64,000 nt of DNA, from contig JALDZX010000054.1 in the NCBI GenBank assembly GCA_022813865.1, positions 1 to 64,000 on the forward strand, read 5' to 3'. Under the pieces are notes generated by a model. That model did not search any database, was not told where the DNA came from, and worked only from the letters and a program-made list of their open reading frames with translations. The DNA is from Xylographa opegraphella. Taxonomy: Eukaryota. Shown piece by piece: positions 49,455-60,393 of this stretch (positions within the stretch are counted from its first letter, which is position 1; every line of letters starts with the position of its first letter). A program made the position numbers and the translations under genes.

Positions 49455-51888
49455 GTTGGCGTCGGCTTTGAGATAGACCCTGAAGAAGCTGAGGCAGTAG
49501 ATGCTGAAGTGGGTGATTGAAAGATGAGATGCTTTGAAGACTGTTGGATGATGGTGGAAGAAGTGAGCAAGAAGCTGTCTTTTATCTCTTTTCTTCGAGA
49601 CTTTTGCTCTCTATGCTTCTTTATGGTATACTACTGCACAGTCGTTTCTCCTCGTTGCTGCGCTACTGTGTGGCTATTGTTGCTTATCGTCGAAAACATC
49701 ACGAGAACAGCACTGGAACGGGAGAGAGCCTGGTGTGTCTTGGAAGAGAGAACAGTCCAGCCCATCAATACGCGAAGCTGTAATAGCAAATGCAAGTGAG
49801 AATTGTATTTGGAAGGCCTGCATGCGGCTACATCCTTGCAATGTAACGTTGAAGGACAGTGCATTGTCAAGTTCTGAGTCCGCTTCGACGGCTGTGAGCT
49901 GGCTCATGCAGTCCTCGTCGAAAGCATCTATGTGTTCGACCGGACTTTGGACTGAAGTAAATTCTAGAACAGCCTGACTGCGGCTAAGCAGACCGGTTGT
50001 AAAAGCTTACGCTTTTGAGAAGCTGACCCACGGTAAACACCTTCTAGAGAACTCCGTCCATCCTTCCTGTCTGACACTGGCTATCAAAGGTACAGCTTTT
50101 TTGTAACGTGATATTCTCCTCTTCCCATCTCTCATTGTTGTTTGAATGCTTCTAATATAATGCACGGATACCTTGGTGGTGTGTAGCATATGTTCTTCTT
50201 TTGTAGCGATTTGACAGGTGGCATTTCGCGGATGTCAAGCTCTACTCCGCTGCACAGATGACCTAGACTGTTCTGCTGTTGATGTTGACACGGAATGAAA
50301 GCACATATGATGCGGACCCATGGTACATGAAAGCAAGAACTAACTGCAGACCCGAGCTAAAAGGTAGAAAAAGATGTGGGTCACATGGGTAGCGAATGTC
50401 TTCAATTATGTAGATACAGAACATATGCAGTAGCCTTAAATTCATGAAACAGCTTCAGCATAAAAGTAAAATGCCAATTATACAGCTAGTGATTTCATTG
50501 TCTGTTAGTGTACGAGGACACCCTTCATAAGATAAATATCGAGAATAAAGGTCCACGGTTTTCCATAATTGGGTACCAGAACTTGGTCTTTACATATACA
50601 TTCGTGTCTGTGCAGCCGCTTGCTTGTGTATGGTAAAGCTATCTACTAGGAAAGCAAGGATCGCAATAGACTAGTAGCCATAAAGGCACTATACACGATG
50701 TTCAGGCCTATCGTGGCTCGGACATAGTGTAGGGACACTAGCGTATAAGGATGACATATAAGAAGCAGGCTAGAGCGAGGCTAGAAAACGACAATGAAAC
50801 TAGAACAGCAGGCGAAAGCGGCGTTATGGAGAATACAAGGTATACATAACAATATGTACGTTGGCGCCGAGCGGGGTCAAACAGAGCATCCTAAGGTACC
50901 TTCAGGAACCCTAGGCGGAGAGGCAAGAGCTAAGGCAGGTTGACAGGCTTGTCCTGCATTGCTGAAAGCCTTGAAGAAATTGTGGAGACAGTCAGGTTCT
51001 AGGTAGACTTGTACATACGTGCATAATCTGCTTCCAATTGATCAAATCAGATGATACAAATTTCGGGGGCCACGCCCAAAGAAGGAGCCTGGCTTGAACA
51101 TCTGCATCTCAACGCTTGCAGGGCGAGGTGCTGTGCGGCTGGCTCAAGAAGCTGCAGGACGAATTTGTGAGGCGGAAGAGTGCGCTGGATGAAGAGCTGC
51201 AGCAGCTATGACGGAGGTATTTCGTGACAGCAACCCAAAGGCACCACACCTTGGAATGTGATACAGGCACACTGTTTGAATAGCGGTATAAGTTATAAGG
51301 ATCCTTCCGACTTTACTACCTGATGCATATCAGTTTACAAGAAGCAACCGGTCACGAACCGGAGCGGGGTTTTCCCCACACTTTCCAGGCACGAGGCTAA
51401 GGTAGGGCTCGGCCCGGAAGGCGGGCGGGAGGCGTGACATTAGCGGTGCGCTACGGAGGATCCCAAAGTAGACTAGACTAGTCTAGTGCATGGCTTGCTT
51501 CGACTCTTCGAGGTGTCTTGTGAGTTGCGACCACACTGCTCTTTGCATGTCAATGTACCGCACCGACATGAAGCTCAAGGATGTGTCAGCGCACCTGACT
51601 GCTAGCACTTTCTTCATGGCATTCTTGTACCCTTAGCGCGCCAGACAATTCGTTTCAACGGCCTCATAATCCGGCATCCAAAATGTCAGTTGATAAGCTT
51701 GCATATTTATGCCAGCTTGAAAATTGCAACCGAGTGCCTTCAGTGGCAAATTGATAAAACTAAGAATAGAGAGTGAACTTACTGATATCCGTCCGAGTCG
51801 TATATGCCTTTGAACTATCCCCCTCGCTTTCTGCTCGTCTGCCATCGTCCCCATCTGTTCGTCCAATTTCCAGAATCTCTTGTCCAAA

Positions 51889-53094
51889 ATGAAGCCTGTC
51901 TATGAATCTCTCTCGTCCAAAGAAGGCAACTCCCTTCTAGAAGAGAAGCTCTCAGAGACATCAAGCGATGATGTTTTCCCCCCTGCCTATATTCCTACTA
52001 TCAAGCGTCGTGAATGGTGGCTGCGCATTTGCGCTCTCCATGCTACCTTGATCGTTTGCTATTGTCTTATCATTACTGCAGTAGTTACCCGATATGTTAC
52101 TCACAAAGAGAATCTCGGGCCGGGTCTGATATACAGTAAGTCTGCACTGCATTATTGGTAAAGCAATGGCTCATTTCGGTCAGCTCCTGCTCGACCAGTG
52201 CTGGGTTATCATTTGCGCCCGCCGATTCCTGATACCACCAACAAATTGCATGGAGATCCTTTTTTTGGAGACCCATCCCCCGAGCTTGACATGCGTTGGA
52301 ACATTCGGCTTGAGTGTAAGACTCAACATGCAACGTCAGAACCTCTCAAAATTCTGCCACTGACAACTTGCAGCTGCCTCCATACGACTGAGTCAAGAAG
52401 AGTTCAAGAAGTACAACCAGAGTAGCGGTATTCTTTTAGGTGATGGCTCAGGAGATTATCTTGCAACGCCGACCATGTACCATGATCTACACTGCATTGT
52501 AAGACGGAACCTATCATTTCTTTCCTCCCACACTTGACCCTGCTCCGATATATTAGACCAATTTCTGATATCGAGCAGGAATTTCTTCATCAAAGCATCT
52601 ATCCGGATCATTATTGGCCCAACGATACACCTGAGAAGAAAGAAGGAAGAGCTTATCATGCTCGTTAGTGCTCAAGTCCTGCATGCTCTCATACTTTTTC
52701 TTTTGGTCTCTGGCAACTTCAGCCCTCTATTTCTTGAGTAAATATCCTGGTTCCAGTCTTACAAGCAATAGGTCACTGTCTCCATAATCTCGCTCACTCA
52801 GTGACATGCGGCGCTGATATGAGCATTCGAATCATGCGGTGGCTGCCTGACCAGCTTCTGCCAAATCCAGTTGACCACGAACACGAATGTCGCAGCGAAG
52901 GTGCCATCAACCAATGGGCATATGAGCGTAGAGTCAACACACGAGCGCCCGGGATGCTTGTCCACCCAATACTGGGTCAGTTCGCCATTGAGGTCTCGCT
53001 ACCGAGATGGAGGATGCAATACTGACAGACCTATGTTGCAGGTGAGGTTTTTCCGGATGGCAAGTACAAAGGAGATGATGATGATGATTTGTGA
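51889..53094 (+). CDS. DUF3328 / UstYa-family oxidase; exons 51889-52135, 52184-52315, 52374-52498, 52579-52663, 52772-52975, 53042-53094
   Basis: Five canonical GT-AG introns give one open frame with an N-terminal TM helix (WWLRICALHATLIVCYCLIITAVV), IYTPA, FFGDPSPELDMRW, two HXXHC motifs (YHDLHCIEFL and HARHCLHNLAHSVTCGAD), HECRSEGAINQWAYER and HPILG. Confidence 0.9.
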
Positions 53095-53750
53095 ACGGGA
53101 GTATGTTGAAGACCGGTTGCCGAAAGATAGCTCCGACTGCGATACGTAGCTTGGGACGATCCTTCACAGCCTGATGTATTGGAACAGTGGCTAGTGCGGT
53201 ATATGAATGGATTAGAGCCGAGCAGTGGTTGATGACCATCAGAAACAGATTTTGACTCAATATACAGTACAATGACGATGAATATTCTAATACTGAAAAC
53301 GATATCCTGATCCTTGTGATAAGTACTTCTAACGTTTCCTAGCAGGCGATTGTGCATGAAACTTGGACGATGATACAACAACTGTAAACACAAGGTTCGC
53401 AACAGAGACTAATTCTCAAAAGCAGGCAACCAATGTAGAACCAAGTTAATAAGCTGTGTACTCCGAAGAACCCAGTGTGAATATGGAATTATGGTGAAGA
53501 GAATCGTATCCAAAGCAGAGTACGAGCTGTTCGTTTCTCAGCATAGCTAATCGAGTTCGAAGCAGTCTCTTCTCCATATAATATTCACTCTTTTACCACG
53601 GTACCTTAGGTACCTAGATACCTACCGTACGACGGTCCCAAGCTAAGTGCATAATTATACCGCTAGCCTAGCCTTAGCGCGACGTAAGATCTTGTCGCGT
53701 TGCCCAATCCAGAAAAGTTCCTGCTGCGATTTTGATAATCATTTTTCACC

Positions 53751-55449
53751 ATGGTAAGCTTTCACAATTGAGAACTCATGTTACCAGCTTTACTAACCGG
53801 GTCCAGGCCGCCTTTAATCCCACTCAAATTTTCGGAGACGACGTCACAGAGGAAAAGGGTGAGAATGCAAGACTATCGGCTTTTGTCGGTGCCATAGCTG
53901 TTGGCGACCTGGTGAAGAGTACACTGGGGCCGAAAGGCATGGACAAGATCTTACAGTCAGCGTATGTGTGCTCTCGTTGTATGTCTCAAGTTTTAGTAAC
54001 TCATTCTGCCCCAGATCCACCGGCGAGGTCATGGTCACAAACGACGGAGCTACAATCCTCAAAGCAATCGCTCTCGACAACGCTGCAGCCAAAGTCCTTG
54101 TCAACATATCTAAAGTTCAGGATGATGAAGTAGGAGATGGAACGACATCAGTGACAGTCCTGGCTGCTGAACTCCTAAGGGAAGCCGAGAAGCTAGTGGA
54201 CAAAAAGATACATCCTCAAACTATCATCGAAGGTTACCGAATAGCAAGTCATGCAGCTCTTACAGCTCTAGAAAAGACCGCTGTGGATCACAGCAACGAC
54301 AAGGCAGCCTTTCGTAACGATTTACTGGCTATCGCGCGGACTACCTTGAGCTCAAAAGTGTTGAGCCAAGATAGAAATCAGTTCGCTGAGCTTGCCTGTG
54401 ATGCGGTTCTCAGGATGAAGGGGTCTACAGATCTCACGCATATACAGATCATCAAGAAGGCGGGTGGAAAGTTGAGTGATTCGTACTTGGACGAAGGATT
54501 TATCTTGGACAAGCGAATCGGCGTCAATCAACCTAAGAGATTGGAGAATGCGAAGATCTTAGTGGCCAATACTGCCATGGACACTGACAAGATCAAGATC
54601 TTTGGTGCTCGAGTGAAGGTGGAGTCTACAGGAAAGCTAGCAGAAATGGAGAAGGCTGAGCGAGAAAAGATGAAAGCTAAGGTGGAAAAGATTAAGGCGC
54701 ATGGGATCAACTGCTTCGTAAATCGGCAGCTCATCTACAATTGGCCAGAACAGCTGTTCTCAGATACTGGGATTATATCAATAGAACATGCCGACTTTGA
54801 CGGTATCGAACGGCTAGCACTTGTTACAGGAGGAGAGATCGCCTCGACCTTCGACCACCCTGAGCATGTCAAGCTTGGGCACTGCGATCTGATAGAAGAG
54901 GTGATCATTGGTGAAGATACACTTATCAAATTCTCAGGGGTCGCGGCCGGGCAAGCATGCACTATCGTGTTGAGGGGTGCAACCGAACAATTACTGGATG
55001 AGGCGGAGAGGTCACTCCACGATGCTCTAGCAGTCTTGTCGCAGACAGTCCGAGAGCCGAAGACAACACTTGGTGGTGGATGTGCAGAAATGGTGATGGC
55101 GAAGGCCGTGGATCAAGCCGCGCGGAACGTGGCGGGAAAGAAGGCAATTGCAGTAGACTCATTTTCAACTGCACTCCGACAGCTCCCGACTATCCTGGCC
55201 GACAACGCTGGGTTGGACTCGAGTGATCTGGTGGCCAGGTTACGAGAAGCGATCTACAAAGGAATGACCAGCTCTGGCCTCGATTTGATGACTCCCGGAG
55301 GCGGAATTGCGGACATGAGAGAAATGGGCGTGATCGAAAGCTACAAACTGAAGAGAGCCGTTGTAAGCTCGGCCTCTGAGGCAGCGGAGCTGCTGCTACG
55401 CGTCGACAACATCATCCGATCAGCGCCTCGAAAACGCGAGAGGATGTAG
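53751..55449 (+). CDS. CCT2: T-complex protein 1 subunit beta (CCT chaperonin); introns 53754-53806 and 53962-54014
   Basis: [44 protein letters not shown]-like [25 protein letters not shown]. Confidence 0.96.
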
Positions 55450-56165
55450 ATCCGTCATCATGGAATAATGCAACAATATCTCAAGCGGAGTTTGGAGCAC
55501 GTAGAGTATCAGGAAAAGCTAGGATTTCCATAGAAAGATACCATTTTGCAACAAATGACGAGCCTTTTCGTTCTCCACCACAACGGTTTTCTTGTTGGAA
55601 TGCATTCTGTGCCGCCAACCCGAGTGATAGCTTGCGTGCCGCCAGGAGACATAGCCAAGGATCACCCAGATCCAACAATACTGACGGTTGTTGTGACGAA
55701 AGCTTTCACGGTCCTCGCACCTTATCGTAGCAGAAGCCTTCGAAACACCGATGATGCTCTCGTAGTGCGCATCAGTGAGTCGAGAGAGTCGTGAGGGGCT
55801 GAAGTACAGTTTAAGGTGAAAACAACATGTTTAGCGGGCCGGCAAGCGCATAGTTGCTGACTGGCGCCCTTCCCAGATGTGGTCTAGAGGCTGACGCAAG
55901 ACTAGCCGCTTCAATCAGCAAATCCCTTGGCCCTGAGTTCCACAAAATTCCTCCCCTTCCTGCTGACTGCGCCTTCCCACCATCATGCCACCACTTGGCT
56001 CTTGCTTCCTCTTATCCTCAAAATATCGATACCCAATAATCGTGGAAACGTCTGATTGATCATATTAGATGACTGCTTGTGACATTGCTGTCTCACGACA
56101 TCTGTCGAATTTCCTTTGCGTCGGTGCCTACGCAGGCCGCAACATTAGCCTTGTAGTTTATCAGC

Positions 56166-59100
56166 ATGACGCGTCGGCGAGCCGGCGCTGGAAGGATCTT
56201 TCTTTCCACCATAACGGCATCGTTCTTTCTTATACCAATTGTGTTGGCTTCTCAGAAGCAGGACCAGCAAGTCTACAACAAATCCCCCTATGAGCGCGGG
56301 TCGGGATCGGATGGGGTCGCACCTTCCGAATCTTCGGTGGGATATCAGAATGGAGCAAAGATTGACACCACGAATTACAGACATTTGAAAGACACTACAG
56401 TGGATTCCAGAAAAGCGAGCGCCATCGCGACCTTAGCTCCGGCAGCAGAGCATGCCGTTCGAGCACTACGACCTGCACAAGGATCCGGCAGTTCTGCCGG
56501 ACTGTCATCGCTGCTTAATGCGCGTTCTTTGCAGGACTGGGAGGTTGAGGATTTTATACTCCTGGCGACCGTTGATGGATCAATTCACGCAAGAGATAGA
56601 AAAACCGGGGCTGCAAGATGGGCATTGGAGGTCGACAAACCGATGGTGGAGACAGTCTATCACCGTGAAAATAAATCTACTATTGATGATTACAGGCCAG
56701 AGGATGAGTTTCTGTGGATTGTGGAACCGAGTAGGGATGGGGACATTTATATCTACAATCAGGGCCACAATGGTGGGTTGCAACGATTGCGTTTGACAGT
56801 GAAAAAGCTCGCTGAAGAGCTTTCGCCATATGCTGGTGAAGACCCTGCAGTGGTCTATACAGCCGAGAAGAAAACTACACTCTATACCGTGGATGCTGGA
56901 ACAGGCCAGATCACGAAAATGTTCAGCTCCCGTGGTTCCACCCTTTCTGACGACCAAAGTTGTCGGAGAGTAAATGGTCTTGAGCTACTAGACGAGGAAG
57001 AGTGCGGTACCAGTGGCTCTTTGGTTTTGGGTCGGACAGAATACACTGTTGGCATCCAGCAGCGGGACACAGCTGAACCAATTTGCACCATGATGTATTC
57101 CGAGTGGGGCCCCAATAATCGTGACAATGACCTCCAAAATCAATACTCTTCGACTATGGATCAAAAGTACGTGTACTCTCGTCATGATGGAAGCATATTT
57201 GGGTTCGATCACGGCCGAGTCGACGAGGAAAAGAAATTATACACACAAAAGCTCCTTTCGCCTGTGGTGAGGGTGTTTGACGTTGCCCGTCCTATGGTGT
57301 CTGACACTCGGGATCCACAGCTTGTGATCCTGCCTCAACCGGTCCCGCCGATTGAAAGTGACAATTCTTATGGCAACATTGAGGATCGGAACAGGATATT
57401 CGTCAATCACACAGAAGCTGGTGGATGGTACGCGATGTCTGAGAGCACTTATCCATTTGTCACTGGTGGTGCTCCGCGAGCACAGTGTTACAACAAGGAT
57501 TGGCTTGAAATGACTTTCACGACTCAAGCACTTTCTCTAGCACAACGCCAACAGGCCCTTGTCGGTGTTCATTCCATCTCTGAAGGACAGACAAGACGAG
57601 ACAGTTTCATGACGATTTCTGGACCCCCGCCTTCAGATGGGATTAACGACACTCCCTTTGGCCTCGCACCTGGTATACCGCCTTCGCCTTCTTTACCTAT
57701 TCTCGGCAACAGCTATATCATCGGCAGTGCTGCTGCATTTTCCACAGATATTATCATTGCTTGCATCGTTATGATGGTCGTAACGTTCATCTCGATAAAT
57801 CGCAGACCGATCACGAAATTGATCAGACGCAATCTGGAACTAAAACGCGTCTTTCCGGAGCTTGAAAACCCACTTAATTCTGTTCCGTCGTCTCCAATTG
57901 TCAGCGAGGCGCCTTGGGCGGAGAGATCGCAATCAACTGTTTTGGAAGAAGTTGAGGAGATTCTCGAACAGAACGACGGCGAGCTCACTCCAACTATTTC
58001 TAGGCGTAACACCTTACTCGAGGCCCCACCAATGACCCGCAGTCGATCTGGTTCCCTCGATGATGATCGAGGACGGGCGAAAAGCGGACCACGCGTACGA
58101 ATCATTGAACCATCCCCTTCACCGGCGCCGGAGGAGGATGAAGGTCTCAATTCCCCTCAACCAGGAAAGAAGAAGGCCCGTCGCGGGTGTAGGGGAGGAG
58201 CAAAGCATAAGAAGAAACGTAGCAATAGCAAACATGAAGAGAATGATAGTCTTGACCAGACTGTTGAGGAGATCATGCAGATTGCGAAAGAACCTCAACT
58301 GGAGCCGGACGTCACGGAAGTTGCCACGCTTACCAGTAATAGCCTTGCTGATGTCTCTGGCCCTGTCATTCAGATCGGACACCTTAAAGTCCAGACAGAT
58401 ATCATTCTTGGCTTTGGCAGTCATGGTACTGTGGTGTACAGAGGTTCTTTTGGAGGAAGAGATGTTGCTGTGAAACGTATGCTTCAGGAGTTCTACGATA
58501 TCGCATCACATGAAGTCGGGCTTCTGCAAGAGAGCGACGATCATCCCAACGTGATTCGATATTTCGACAAAGAGTCGTCTGGCGAATTTCTATATATTGC
58601 TCTTGAACTATGTCCTGCCTCGTTGCAAGATGTCATCGAAAAGTCAGCAAATTACCCTGCTTTGATTGGTGCCGCTGGCCTAGATCTACCCGACGTCCTA
58701 AAACAAATTACTGGTGGCATTCGCTATCTTCACTCTCTCAAAATTGTTCACCGAGATATCAAGCCACAAAACATTCTCGTTTCGTCCCCAAAGAAGCTCC
58801 TAACTCATCCAGAAATTTTTCAGCCTCCTCGGTTCCTCATTTCAGATTTCGGTCTCTGCAAAAAGCTTGAAGGCGATCAAAGTTCATTCCGTGCTACTAC
58901 TGCTCATGCGGCGGGTACGTCCGGTTGGCGAGCACCTGAGCTTCTCGTGGACGACGACGTTAGCACTCCGCTAGCAACGCCGACTCTTAATTCGAGCACG
59001 AATCCATCGGCTCACTCCAACTCCGAGCCATTGATCCTTGATACCCAGACAAATCGACGTGCAACCCGCGCCATTGACATCTTCTCTCTAGGATGCGTTT

Positions 59101-59732
59101 TCTACTATGTTCTGACGGGCGGTAACCATCCATTCGATCGTGACGGAAAGTACATGCGTGAAGCCAACATCGTCAAGGGCAATTACAATCTCGCCGATCT
59201 TGCCAATCTGGGAGATTATCAATGGGAAGCAAAGGACTTAATAGGTCGTATGCTCAGCCATCAGCCAAAACTCCGTCCAGATGCCGGTACCGTCCTCTGC
59301 CATCCTTTTTTCTGGAGTGCAGAGGAACGTCTCGATTTCTTGTGTCACGTGTCCGATCAATTTGAATTCGAGCCTCGCGATCCTCCTTCTGCCGCTCTCA
59401 GTGTACTCGAATCATACGCTCCGGCGACCCTGGACGCATGTGGACATGATTTCATGCGGCTGTTGCCCAAAGAGTTCCGAGATACCTTGGGCAAACAGAG
59501 GAAATATCAAGGCAACCGATTATTGGATCTCTTGCGGGCGCTACGGAACAAGAAGAACCACTATGAAGACATGCCGGAGTCGGTGAAGGAGAAAGTCGGG
59601 AGCTTGCCGGCGGGGTATCTGGGATTCTGGACTCGGAAATTCCCGGAGTTGTTGATGGGGTGCCATGCTGTGATTCTGGAGTGCGGGTGGGAGAGCAAGG
59701 ATCGTTTTCGGAGGTTTTATGGGGTAATTTGA
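56166..59732 (+). CDS. IRE1: ER stress sensor kinase/endoribonuclease Ire1, intronless
   Basis: Signal sequence, lumenal domain (LLATVDGSIHARDRKTG), TM segment, kinase LGFGSHGTVVY..VAVKRML..HRDIKPQNIL..ISDFGLCKKL..GTSGWRAPE, and KEN RNase domain LLDLLRALRNKKNHY. Confidence 0.96.
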   Translation: MTRRRAGAGRIFLSTITASFFLIPIVLASQKQDQQVYNKSPYERGSGSDGVAPSESSVGYQNGAKIDTTNYRHLKDTTVDSRKASAIATLAPAAEHAVRALRPAQGSGSSAGLSSLLNARSLQDWEVEDFILLATVDGSIHARDRKTGAARWALEVDKPMVETVYHRENKSTIDDYRPEDEFLWIVEPSRDGDIYIYNQGHNGGLQRLRLTVKKLAEELSPYAGEDPAVVYTAEKKTTLYTVDAGTGQITKMFSSRGSTLSDDQSCRRVNGLELLDEEECGTSGSLVLGRTEYTVGIQQRDTAEPICTMMYSEWGPNNRDNDLQNQYSSTMDQKYVYSRHDGSIFGFDHGRVDEEKKLYTQKLLSPVVRVFDVARPMVSDTRDPQLVILPQPVPPIESDNSYGNIEDRNRIFVNHTEAGGWYAMSESTYPFVTGGAPRAQCYNKDWLEMTFTTQALSLAQRQQALVGVHSISEGQTRRDSFMTISGPPPSDGINDTPFGLAPGIPPSPSLPILGNSYIIGSAAAFSTDIIIACIVMMVVTFISINRRPITKLIRRNLELKRVFPELENPLNSVPSSPIVSEAPWAERSQSTVLEEVEEILEQNDGELTPTISRRNTLLEAPPMTRSRSGSLDDDRGRAKSGPRVRIIEPSPSPAPEEDEGLNSPQPGKKKARRGCRGGAKHKKKRSNSKHEENDSLDQTVEEIMQIAKEPQLEPDVTEVATLTSNSLADVSGPVIQIGHLKVQTDIILGFGSHGTVVYRGSFGGRDVAVKRMLQEFYDIASHEVGLLQESDDHPNVIRYFDKESSGEFLYIALELCPASLQDVIEKSANYPALIGAAGLDLPDVLKQITGGIRYLHSLKIVHRDIKPQNILVSSPKKLLTHPEIFQPPRFLISDFGLCKKLEGDQSSFRATTAHAAGTSGWRAPELLVDDDVSTPLATPTLNSSTNPSAHSNSEPLILDTQTNRRATRAIDIFSLGCVFYYVLTGGNHPFDRDGKYMREANIVKGNYNLADLANLGDYQWEAKDLIGRMLSHQPKLRPDAGTVLCHPFFWSAEERLDFLCHVSDQFEFEPRDPPSAALSVLESYAPATLDACGHDFMRLLPKEFRDTLGKQRKYQGNRLLDLLRALRNKKNHYEDMPESVKEKVGSLPAGYLGFWTRKFPELLMGCHAVILECGWESKDRFRRFYGVI

Positions 59733-60393
59733 CATGCATGTCAGGAAGGAAGTTGGTTGTCTGTGTACGGGATTGATATATATACTCCGATGTCACGTGT
59801 CAAGTATAGTGAACTCTCCAGGACTATTGTTTGGATTCAAGTATCAAGTGGTCGAATCTGGGTTTGGAAGCCATTCAATACGTAATGTATCTTTTCTCTG
59901 CAAGTATACCTGCCAGCATTTGTGAGATTGATTAAGGTCGTATGCGGATCCGAAATAAAGTATTTCGCAGAAGTGCTAAAGAAGTATGGAGGCGACGGCA
60001 CGAACTTGACAGGTTGAATGAGATGTCTAGTCCACAATACAATTATATCAAATCTGAAATTACCTGGGTACTGTGACGCTGCCAATTATTTCTGATACCT
60101 ACGGAAGGTAGTCCCCTATACTGCCTCTGTGACGAGGTAAACGCGACACAGGGCTTAGCGCGAACCGATTAATCTCGCGATACCTAATTAACACCACACC
60201 TCCTTCCCTCGATCCTGACACGCACGCTTCTTCCAACCACACACATACGACACGGAAACCCTAAGCGCGGATCGACCGCCGAGCTCAACTGTCGCGACGC
60301 AACAATTCATCCTGGCGGGTATGCTCTGTCTTCTGATCGAATGTCCCATTGAATGGATTACCCACTGAAGTGTGATCATTAGACATCAACAAC

